Shown: piece after piece, positions 12,360 through 22,450 of the stretch
How positions within the stretch are numbered: the first letter of the stretch is position 1
Layout: every line of letters starts with the position of its first letter
Assembly: GCF_006345805.1 (NCBI RefSeq)
Contig: NW_021828087.1
Span: 1-35,733 of the forward strand
Source of the DNA: Octopus sinensis
Lineage: Eukaryota
Direction: 5' to 3'
Length of the DNA stretch: 35,733 nucleotides
Translations under genes and position numbers: made by a program
The notes under the pieces: model-generated
Told to the model about the DNA's origin: nothing
Databases searched by the model: none
The model's input: only the letters and a program-made list of their open reading frames with translations

Positions 12360-12790
12360 CATACATTTACATAAGAATGTATGTATAAATAGACATGTAC
12401 ACATGCACACACAGACACACACAAACACATATATGTATGCATATACATCCCACAGACATACTCACATACACACACATTCATGTGTTTGTGTATATTAAAT
12501 ACACATATTCTTTATATGTAACTCTTTCTTGCACACTCTATTTCTTTCTGCTCATACATGTGTATATATCTATACATACTAATACGTATATATATATATA
12601 TATATGCATACACACACATATATATATATGTTTATGTATGTATATGTATAGGTATTATGAATGCATGTATATATATATATATGTATATGTATGAGTGTAT
12701 TTGATGTATGTATGTATGTATGTATGTATGTATATATACACACGTATATGTATGTATGCATGTATGTGTGTGTGTGCGTGTATGCAAGTG
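12360..12790. repeat. (CA)n/(TA)n/(TATG)n low-complexity
   Basis: Direct reading. Confidence 0.9.
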
Positions 12791-12949
12791 TCGCCCACTT
12801 TGTCAGTCAAACTGCACAGGCTCTCTCCGCTCTTTTATACTTGCAAGATTATCCAACAAATCGATCCTCGTTGAAACTGTCAATATTTGATTAAAGAATC
12901 TAATTTAGAGTCCTTAACTTTATTTATTTGATGTGGATCTTTCACAGCT

Positions 12950-13650
12950 TTCGCACCGACCGCCATCACTCCATTATATCTGTCCCTCTCGCCACCCCTT
13001 CAACTTCCAACATTATCTCCATTCCTCTCCCTTTCTTTTTCCATTCTTCACGTCGTCCTTTCTCCCTCATCGTCCATCTCTCCAGCCTTGCATTTCTCTC
13101 AACGTTTCCCCATCTCACCACCCGTCTTCAATCTCTCCTCCACCCTCCCATCCATCCACCCGCCACACCCCACCCCGTACATCCTCTTTCTGTAAATCTT
13201 TCACACAATCCTTTTCCCGTTCCTATTCATCTATCACACTGGACACTAATTCTTCTCCTACTTGAAAGCATCTCATCGCAGCAGCCAAGGAAACTTCATC
13301 CCGTCACCGCTACACTACCACCCAACCACACCCAACCACTGTATAACTACGTCCTATGCTAACACTTCTACACAACCACACCAAGACTACGACTGAACTG
13401 TACCATACACAAGCGTCATCGCACCTCCACATTACACTAATCTGCGGCTAAACGAAAATCGCTACAGCACCACACACCGACATCAACACCGCCAAAACCT
13501 TATATGCCATACTACAACACAAACACCACCAAACAACTATAACGAAACTACTATCACAATACACACAGAGCCATCACCAATATCAACAATTGTACCACTA
13601 TACTACTAACACCAACACCACATCACTACATCAGCTGCACCATCTCCACA
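12950..13650. repeat. C/A-rich low-complexity tract
   Basis: Degenerate CAC/CCA/CTC units. Confidence 0.7.
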
Positions 13651-13651
13651 T

Positions 13652-13845
13652 AAATACCTATTTCTTTACTACCCACAAGGGGCTAAACACAGAGGGGACA
13701 AACAAGGACAGACATAGGTATTAAGTCGATTACATCGACCCCAGTACGTAACTGGTACTTAATTTATCGACCCCGAAAGGATGAAAGGCAAAGTCGACCT
13801 CGGCGGAATTTGAACTCAGAACGTAACGGCAGACGAAATACCGCT
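13652..13845 (-). mobile_element. tRNA-derived SINE family B, 5'-truncated
   Basis: Minus strand contains B box gagttcaaattcc and is homologous to 30452-30592. Confidence 0.88.
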
Positions 13846-14213
13846 GAAAGAACATATGTAGTGTAGTTCAAGATACATCACGAAAAAACGGTAATATGGT
13901 CGGATGGTAAACCTGCTAGATCAAGATTCACTTGGGTTAAACAACAACAACAACAACCGCAACAATAACAACAACAATAAACGACAGTCTGTACGACACA
14001 ACAACGAGAGATCGATAGTCTTTGTGTTCAATGGTAGGGTGAATGGCTTGGTTTGCTCTTCCGTTCCGCCATTGTTTCAACTCAGATATCGAACAGAAAC
14101 GAGATTAATTGATCAAACAACTGGATCGCTGACCGTCGAAGCCGACGGAAATCCATTTGTTGCATTCAACAAGACTATTGTTCGAAACGTATATACATAA
14201 TTCTAATATATAT

Positions 14214-14262
<49 letters not shown>

Positions 14263-14369
14263 GATATATATTATATTAATATATATATTATAACAAAATA
14301 TCTTAACATACATTCCCTCACATACACGCATGTACAGACATACATACATCCAGCTCCACCGCTATACAG

Positions 14370-14404
<35 letters not shown>

Positions 14405-14408
<4 letters not shown>

Positions 14409-14540
14409 GAATTTAAAAAGAACAAAAGACGAAGATGGATGAGTATACAACAAATAGATGTATTAGTTTAACGCTCAGGAAGTGAGAAAAATTTTTACGT
14501 TTCGAGCCTACGCTCTTCAACAGAAAGGAACAGAAATAAA
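14405..14540 (-). mobile_element. Penelope-pLTR-like fragment with variant hammerhead motif
   Basis: Minus strand 14527-14493: CTTT CTGTTGA A GAGC-GTAG-GCTC GAAAC GTA AAA; homologous to 19730-19930. Confidence 0.65.
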
Positions 14541-14574
14541 CATGTACTTGTGAAGGGATCTGACTTCTCATCGA

Positions 14575-14644
14575 CAACCATGATTGTCACACGCTGATGA
14601 AAGGTAAACACCTTGAAACTCGGGTACGTGTGTATCATGTGTTG
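14575..14644 (+). ncRNA. Minimal type I hammerhead ribozyme, canonical core
   Basis: Stem I CACACG 14588-93/CGTGTG 14627-32, extended by CATGAT/ATCATG and CAAC/GTTG; CTGATGA 14594-600; stem II AAGGT-AAAC-ACCTT; GAAA 14615-18; stem III CTCGGG; GUA cleavage triplet, site after 14626. Confidence 0.85.
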
Positions 14645-14683
14645 AAGACGGGGAGGATGACTCCCCTTCACAAATACTGACAG

Positions 14684-14815
14684 GACACAGATAGTGTGTC
14701 TATAGCCAACTGGAGGAGATATCTTCCTGGGGCTACAAACTACAGTAGCATCCACCCTTATGGGTTAGCCATATTCAAATGGCAAATATGCAACACGATG
14801 TGTTACCGCTACTGT
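14684..14815. other. Multi-hairpin structured module next to the hammerhead
   Basis: GACAC/GTGTC; TAGCC/GGCTA; ACAGTAGC 14742-49/GCTACTGT 14808-15 enclosing ACCC/GGGT, GCCAT/ATGGC and AACAC/GTGTT hairpins. Confidence 0.6.
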
Positions 14816-14998
14816 TTATAACTCGCTCTGAGATTTATCATTGTTATATATATATATATATATAAACATACATAATTATAACAAGGCTTGGCTTGTGCTT
14901 CACCATGCATGAAAAATAGATGTCAAGCCAAGATGTACCTCTGAGGTTTTATTTCTGCGCTGACCACTTGGTATAAATCAGTAATGATTTTTACCCTT

Positions 14999-15043
<45 letters not shown>

Positions 15044-15126
15044 TATTATTATTATTATTATTATTATATACACACACACATAAATATACCATATATATAT
15101 ATGTGTATGTGGTTATATATATATAT

Positions 15127-15158
<32 letters not shown>

Positions 15159-15323
15159 GATTCACAGTCAGGTGCAAAAATGGCGTATCCGAATGAACAA
15201 ATTAATGTAGTCCGATGGTAGAAAGAATTTCGCGAATTAGTTACTCCATAGTCAGTCGGAAGGTTGGGTGTTGGTGTGAGGGTGCGGTAAATAGTAAACA
15301 CCACCCCCTCACCCCCCATCCGC

Positions 15324-15510
15324 ACAAAAAAAACAATGAAGAACAAATACAACAAGAAAAAAGCAACAACACGAGGACGTGGTCCATGCAAAGAATTAGC
15401 AGACGGTCAAGGAAGGAGAGAAAGTTTCTTCGCTGAGCGTCTGCTTCACCTTCGCATGTACCACGTCCTCGCGTTGGTGCTTTTTCTTGTGTTTGTTCTT
15501 CGTTTTTTTT
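15324..15510. repeat. Imperfect fold-back of a pLTR-like repeat
   Basis: cgaggacgtgg 15372-82 / ccacgtcctcg 15461-71 perfect, with diverged complementarity along both arms; right arm homologous to 22010-22075. Confidence 0.75.
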
Positions 15511-15550
15511 GGGGGGGGGGATTTATGATATATATATATATATATATATA

Positions 15551-15764
15551 TATAAGAAATTAAAAAAGGAAAATACGCACACTTACATGGTTATAATTAT
15601 AATTTTTAATGTATCGACCGGTTTCGCAATCGCTATTCATGATATAATGTTTAATTTATATGAATATATATTTTTCTCAAGAAAAATTTGCGAAACCGGT
15701 CGATACATTAAAAATTATATTATGACCATGTAGTGTGCGTATTTTCCTTTGTTAATTTCTTATA
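15551..15764. repeat. 214-bp palindromic element (79/77-bp arms, 58-bp spacer)
   Basis: Arms 15551-15629 and 15688-15764 differ at 4 positions; inner 32 bp perfect; each arm carries GCGAAACCGGTCGA. Confidence 0.9.
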
Positions 15765-15837
15765 TACATTACAATCCACCACGGGGGACAACCGAAATCC
15801 TCTCTGATATATATAATACATATATATATATATATAT

Positions 15838-15886
<49 letters not shown>

Positions 15887-15908
15887 TATATATCTATTAT
15901 ATATATAT

Positions 15909-15967
<59 letters not shown>

Positions 15968-16259
15968 AGTGTATGTATGTATGTATGTATGTATGTATAT
16001 ATGCATGTAAGCATGGATGTGTGTAGGCGTGTATGAGAAAATCGAGATAATTGATGGAAATGGCGCCATTACATACACTTTGGACGACAACAACATAAAC
16101 GATATAACACACACGTACACACACAACACACACACACACACACAACACACGCACACACACATCCATACATACAAGTAATTGTCATTTCTCATCCTCTTCT
16201 TGTTGCCCCTTCATTTCTACACTCTCTCTTTAATAGACTTATTCATATATATACATACG

Positions 16260-16299
<40 letters not shown>

Positions 16300-16334
16300 A
16301 CACACACATATATATATATATATATTAATATGCG

Positions 16335-17228
16335 TATATGTACATGTAGAGGTAGGTACGTACATATATGTTTATATATATGCATATGTTCTATTTTATT
16401 AACATATTATACGACTAAACGCACGCACCCTATTAAGTAAGATTGTTCTGTGTATCAAGTTAGCCTTGATATTAACTCTCACGCGACCTCTGCATCTTTC
16501 TTTCTTCTCTCCCATTCCCCTTTTTCGTCTTTTTTTTCCCTCACTTAACTTGTCTCTTCCTCTCTCTCTCCCCTCACCGTCTTCATGGTCTCCTCGCACC
16601 ATTCCCCTTCTTCTCTCTCTTCCTCTTGCTCCTCCTCCCCATTCCCGTCGTCCATCTGCGACGATACTTCCGTGTAACTGCTATCCTGTCTTTTCTCGCC
16701 GCCTTCTAAGGCTACTGGTCGACATTCTTTCTCTCTCGTCGTCCACTATAATCCAGCGTTTGCAATACTTTTTTCGTCTGGCGTTAACAGCCCTTCTTAT
16801 CTTGTCTCCTTGTCCGTCTCTCACTGTTATATATTTATTTTTCCACTGTTTATATATATATTGTTACTGTTTATATGTTTGTACTGTCGTTACCATCTTG
16901 CTTTTTTTTACCCCTCTGCGAAAAGATCTCAGAATTTTAATTGATTTGCTTTTCGCAGGAAGGAAGTTTTCTTCGAAGTATACGTCTCGCTTTTATCCTT
17001 CGAAACGTTTAATAGATGAAACCTTAGCGACTGAAGAAGGGATTTTCGTTGTGCTTATTGTCTGTATCTCTTTGCTTGTCTTGTTCTTGGTTTGTGTCTA
17101 TGTTTTTCGTCTCTCTATGTGTTCGACGTCTTTTTGGTGTCCTGTACACATATATGCGTGTATATGTACATGTCGAGGTAGGTACGTACATATATGTTTA
17201 TATATATGCATATGTTCTATTTTATTAA
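16335..17228 (+). mobile_element. 826-bp-period unit bounded by 68-bp direct repeats (pLTR/retrozyme-like)
   Basis: 16335-16402 and 17161-17228 identical at 67/68; internal ccttCGAAACGTT...CTGAAGAAGG at about 16997-17040; homologous to 23330-23520. Confidence 0.65.
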
Positions 17229-17235
17229 AATATAT

Positions 17236-17294
<59 letters not shown>

Positions 17295-17396
17295 TACATA
17301 TATATGTATATATATATATATATACATATTATACATATATATATACTATAGATATATAGACATATATATCGTATATATATACTATATATTATATAT

Positions 17397-17430
<34 letters not shown>

Positions 17431-17490
17431 GATATATATATATATATATATATATATATTACTATATTATATATATATATATACATATAT

Positions 17491-17767
17491 CCTTAAATCC
17501 TTAAAAAGTGTTCAGCCGAAGGCTGCGGCGATGCTGGGGCCCACCGTAGAATGAGCTACACTAGTATGTGAAACCACCTCTGATGCGTGGCACTTGGTCA
17601 ACAAGGGAGTTCGATGCCGCTGCCCGCATCTGTGTTTCCTGCCGAGAGGTGGGTTCATCTGGGACCCCCGACAATAAGAGATCGAGTTTAGTTTTAAAGA
17701 AACCCACATTTAGAGAGGATGTTGAAGAGCTGTGGTACTCTGAAACCCAAGCTGTTGCAGTATCTGG

Positions 17768-17772
<5 letters not shown>
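17491..17772 (-). mobile_element. CR1/L2-like LINE 3' end
   Basis: Minus strand FFKTKLDLLLSGVPDEP...RAAASNSL, homologous to the C-terminus of the 31857 ORF (FKKSLDKFLQTVPDKP...KNNSL); (TTTAAGGA)2 tail. Confidence 0.82.
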
Positions 17773-17815
<43 letters not shown>

Positions 17816-17842
17816 AAAATAAGCAACAAGAATGGATCCGGT

Positions 17843-17933
17843 AATTTAGTACAATTGTTTCATACTACAACATTTTATTAAAAGCTGTAAATATTACAGC
17901 GGATTTAAAATGCCGAGTAATCTTCAGCTAATT
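17843..17933 (-). ncRNA. Type I hammerhead-like motif with branched stem II
   Basis: Minus strand: TTAG CTGAAGA T TACT...AGTA T GAAA CAATTG TA CTAA; palindromic stem III; U-U at 10.1/11.1; internal GCTGTAA/TTACAGC hairpin. Confidence 0.6.
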
Positions 17934-18085
17934 TTATATAGGTTTTCCAATAATATAAAGTTCTCAGATCAATTAATAACATCTTAGGGAAGGTAAATAT
18001 ACAGATAAAGATGTAGATATGAATCTAAGGAACATGAGGTAGTGTAGTTTGGATGCCAACTGAACAAAACTTTGTTCACAACTGA

Positions 18086-18196
18086 CAGCCCGAAGGCTGC
18101 GGCGATGCTGGGGCACCACCGTAGAATGAGCTACACTAGTATGTGAAACCACCTCTGATGCGTGGCACTTGGTCAACAAGGGAGTTCGATGCCGCT
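18086..18196 (-). mobile_element. Second copy of the LINE 3' end
   Basis: Identical to 17513-17621 apart from two 1-nt insertions. Confidence 0.88.
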
Positions 18197-18487
18197 TATA
18201 ACTAAGAAAATTTCCTTAGTTATAAGAATGAGGGTAAGGGCCGGTCAAGAATTCAAGTTGGTTGAAGAAAAGAAGAGGAAAATTCAGGAGATGTAAAAGA
18301 AGAACAGATTGTCACTAGAATAAAGGGTCAATCTATTTATGTGGTGACAAAAGGTTTAGGTCAGTGTAGAAAGATCATTAAATTCTTAGGAATATATGAG
18401 GTAGAAGGTCAGCTACTAAACTGACCAAACCTTACTTTCAACTGAAAGCTATCAGAATTTTTAGTAGGAATTACCTAAATTTATTTC

Positions 18488-18595
18488 CCCCATGGCCGGA
18501 GGGTATATCAGCCGAAATGATGTGTTAATAACAAACAAGATGAGGACAAATATCCATCAAATGTAAAAAAATGTAAATAATAAACAATAACCGCT
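18488..18595 (+). mobile_element. Degraded pLTR-like remnant
   Basis: GGC...GCC stem followed by GAAA (18514-17); 5' hammerhead core is degraded; family call from recall only. Confidence 0.35.
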
Positions 18596-18899
18596 TCCAA
18601 AATTTGGTTTACAAAACGTTGCATTCCAAAAAGCTATATGATATTTAGCGTCTAATTTGACAGTGATTGATGTCAGCGAGCAGTTTAACTTTGTAATACA
18701 CTACTCAGCCGATATCTTGAGGGGTGCGGGTTCCAGTCCCTTGGCTTTCTGCTGGCAACTTTTTTCTGTTTTAGAAGGGTTTAATACCCGAACTTCTTGT
18801 TGTTCTCATGGTTATACTGCATTTAAAATGTTACTTTCTGTCTGTAAAATACGCAACACATTAGACGCTTTCTAAGTTTGTTTACAAAATGTTGTTGCA

Positions 18900-18926
18900 T
18901 ATAATATATAATATATACACACACAC

Positions 18927-18998
<72 letters not shown>

Positions 18999-19140
18999 TA
19001 TATAATATATATATATATATATAGATGATAGTATAGATAGATATATATAGATAGATATATATATATATAGATAGATAGATATAGATATATAGATAGATAA
19101 TAGATAGATAGATAGATAGATAGAATAGATAGATAGATAG

Positions 19141-19181
<41 letters not shown>

Positions 19182-19200
19182 TGCATATGTTTATGCGTAT
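18900..19200. repeat. (TA)n then (GATA)n
   Basis: Direct reading. Confidence 0.95.
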
Positions 19201-19329
19201 CTATATGTTTGTTTGTTAATTATAGCTACTTTGTTTCATTTGTAAACATTCCGCAACATCAAAACTAATTCCAATAATTGATGAAACATAACTGTTTACA
19301 AACAACAACTTTCTCGTGTTTTTTCACCG

Positions 19330-19415
19330 TTGCTGCTGCTGCTGCTGCCGCTGCTGCTGCTGCAGCTACGCTCGCTGTTCCTGCTGCTCTGTCGCTGCTG
19401 CCTGTTTTGGCGGCT
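19330..19415. repeat. Interrupted (CTG)n tract
   Basis: Direct reading. Confidence 0.85.
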
Positions 19416-19626
19416 GCTTTTGCTCTTTCATATCAACAATTCTGTATTAACGGACTTAATATAATTATGTCGTCTTAGACTCGATAAACAAATATAGTAA
19501 CCATGACACACACACACACACGCGCGCGCGCGCGCGTTCTATACATACATGGGTTTACCAATAGTTAAATAAGTATGTGCTTTTACAATGGCACACCTCA
19601 TACAGTGCCACATTGGTGTGTGTGTG

Positions 19627-19669
<43 letters not shown>

Positions 19670-19729
19670 CATATATATATATAATATATATTTTCTATAT
19701 ATATATACATATATATATATATACGGGAA

Positions 19730-19930
19730 GCTATAAAATAAACAAAAGACGAAGGCGGTGAAAACAAACGAACAATTGTATTAGTATGGCGCTCAGGAAA
19801 TATAAATAAAACAAGTCTTTAACGTTTCGACCTACGCTCTTCAACAGAAAGATCACAGAGAGAGAAAACCACAGAAGAAGGGAAGAAAAAAAATGCGTGC
19901 AGTAGTAACGATCAGCATGGCGATCTTGTG
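19730..19930 (-). mobile_element. Penelope-pLTR-like fragment with variant hammerhead motif
   Basis: Minus strand 19851-19817: CTTT CTGTTGA A GAGC-GTAG-G_TC GAAAC GTT AAAG; stem I perfect, one base lost from stem II. Confidence 0.62.
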
Positions 19931-19949
19931 TGGTGTGTGTGTGTTTGTG

Positions 19950-20086
19950 TGTGTGTGTATGAATATATATATTGCATATATCATTTATATATAAACACTT
20001 ATATGTATATAATATATATATAGAGAGAGAGAGAGAGAATAGATGATAAAATATACATATATATATACATATAAACATATACACTT

Positions 20087-20117
<31 letters not shown>

Positions 20118-20182
20118 ACATACGCATGTACTTATATGTATGTATGTATTTTGGGGCATCCTTTACTGCGGCAGAATAAATA

Positions 20183-20227
<45 letters not shown>

Positions 20228-20739
20228 TATATATATATATATTTCTATTCATGTACTCCATGTATAGAAAATACAGTCGCACATGCTTCGTTTGTTGATA
20301 TGAATTGACACATTTAACAATTAGGCAATTCATTTCTGTGTGAATGTGTGTTTACGTGTACATCTATGTATGTATAAGAATATCCAAATATACACATGCA
20401 CGCGCGCACACACACACATATAGATATACATACATGTCTGTGTGTATGAGTGTATGTGTGTGTGAGTGTGTGTGTGTATGCATGCATGTGTGTAAGTGTG
20501 TATATATGTATATGTAGAATCATTGAAAAGACTTAGAATTTCAAATAAAATTCCATAAACGAGATTAGACGAACTTCCAGAAGAACATTCTCTGAAATTC
20601 TTCATCGCAATTAGCAGGTTCCATATAGAATCGTTAACTAGAATTCTTTGGAAAATATCGTGAATTTGTCTTGAAGTATTAAAAATGAAAAACACATTGT
20701 CTCTCTTCACGTGAAGCAGTGAAGAATTCAACAAACATT

Positions 20740-20832
<93 letters not shown>

Positions 20833-21137
20833 TATATATATATATATTATATTATATATATATTATTGTGTGTGTATATTTAATATGTATATATATGTGT
20901 ATATTTATATGTATATATATGTGTATCTATATATGTGTGTTATATAATAATATATATATATGTATATATATAATTATATATATATATATATATATATATT
21001 ACATACATATATCTAGATGTTCTCTGAAGAAGGAGACTCACGTGTTCAGGTAATTGCATTGTATGTATGTGTATATATATATATAATTGTATGTATGTAA
21101 TTATATGTATATATGTATATGTATGTATATATATATA

Positions 21138-21181
<44 letters not shown>

Positions 21182-21215
21182 ATATATTATATTGAGGATA
21201 TTTTATCCTCAATTG

Positions 21216-21258
<43 letters not shown>

Positions 21259-21330
21259 TTATATATATATAATATGTATGTATGTATATATACATATATA
21301 TAAGTACATTTAATTATAATAATATAATTA
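19950..21330. repeat. (TA)n/(TG)n-dominated region with short unique spacers
   Basis: Direct reading. Confidence 0.8.
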
Positions 21331-21334
21331 TTGA

Positions 21335-21806
21335 AATCCGTGCTCGTCTACGGCGCAAGTAACTGTTGTCCTCAGAGCCATTTGAGGTCTATTCATTCGT
21401 GCCCAAATAATTATGATAATATTTATATAATTATATATACCAGTATTAAGTATTCCCTCTATGGTTCTTTACATGCTGGCCATTTGATAAAGTCCTATAA
21501 AGATTTTGTCCCTCCTTATTAAATAAATAAATAAATACATACATACAAATTGCTCCGACCAGAATATTCACTTCGGTATTATTTTGAGTTGTGAACATTT
21601 GTATGTAAATGTGAGTATTTCTATAAATGATTATGGATGCGTGATATTCGCATTCGTATGAATAAATGTTCATAATTATGTGCAACTGGTCATACTACAC
21701 TGATGAAGGTCGGGAGATTTTACATCTCTAGACCAGAAATCGATATAAAGTTAGCCTCTTTTAACAAATCTTATTTCTTTACTTTCCGCGCTTTGAATCC
21801 GTGCTC
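21335..21806 (+). mobile_element. 461-bp-period unit with 11-bp terminal repeat carrying a hammerhead core
   Basis: aatccgtgctc at 21335-45 and 21796-806; CTGATGA 21700-06, GGTC/GACC stem II, GAAA 21736-39, palindromic TCGA, TA; stem I ACTACA/TAAAGT has 2 mismatches. Confidence 0.55.
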
Positions 21807-21959
21807 ACATGGTTCCGGTTGCAGTCCCACTGCGTGGCACCTTGCGCAAGTGTATTCTACTATATTTTGGTCGACTCGGGTCGACCAAAGCCTTGTAAGT
21901 GGATTTGGTAAACGGAAACTGAAAGAAGATCGTCGTATATATATATATATATATATATA

Positions 21960-22086
21960 TGACGAAGAGCTCCGCTCGAAACGTTAAATCCTTCTTCTTC
22001 CCTTCCTTCCTGAGCGTCCAATAATACTATATTTGTTCCACGTCCTCGCGTTGTTGTGTTTTCTCTTTGTGTTTTCATGTTTGGAT

Positions 22087-22090
<4 letters not shown>
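21960..22090 (+). mobile_element. pLTR-like fragment with 5'-truncated hammerhead motif
   Basis: TGACGA A GAGC-TCC-GCTC GAAAC GTT (21960-21985); stem I 5' strand and C3 replaced by (TA)n. Confidence 0.62.
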
Positions 22091-22129
<39 letters not shown>

Positions 22130-22131
<2 letters not shown>

Positions 22132-22450
22132 TTTATTTAAAAGCAGCAGAAATATAACAAAAGCTGTTACTCAAAGTTTCACTTTCCCGTTGTCGGACAG
22201 TTTTGTTAAAATAGAACAGAAATAACACACACACACACACACACATTTCGTTTTTGGATTTTGGTTTGCAAGATTCTTTATATGAGTTCGTGTGTTGAAG
22301 CATATTCTGTTGTGTCTGGGGAGAGTCATTTTCTTTTTGTGCCTTATAATGTAATATGCTCACCGGTAAAATTTCCACTTATTTCTTATTTTTATTTTCC
22401 TAAAATTTTCGTTGCATCTTTGCAACCTTTTCAATAGTCTTGACTGCGTT
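22130..22450 (-). mobile_element. pLTR-like repeat with degenerate hammerhead
   Basis: Minus strand 22200-22164: CTGT CCGAC_A ACG-GGAA-AGT GAAA CTTTGAG TA ACAG; stem I intact, G8 missing. Confidence 0.55.

Noticed and set aside
13904-14200. 98-aa ORF with an [10 protein letters not shown] cadherin-like stretch
   Set aside because: No DxD/LDRE/DxNDN cadherin motifs; part of it is an AAC repeat.
16466-17242. 258-aa hydrophobic ORF
   Set aside because: Pyrimidine-rich repeat sequence lacking stops by composition; lies inside the direct-repeat unit.
20500-20734. Open minus-strand frame with a good acceptor at 20671-70
   Set aside because: No convincing donor or recognisable domain; runs into a microsatellite.
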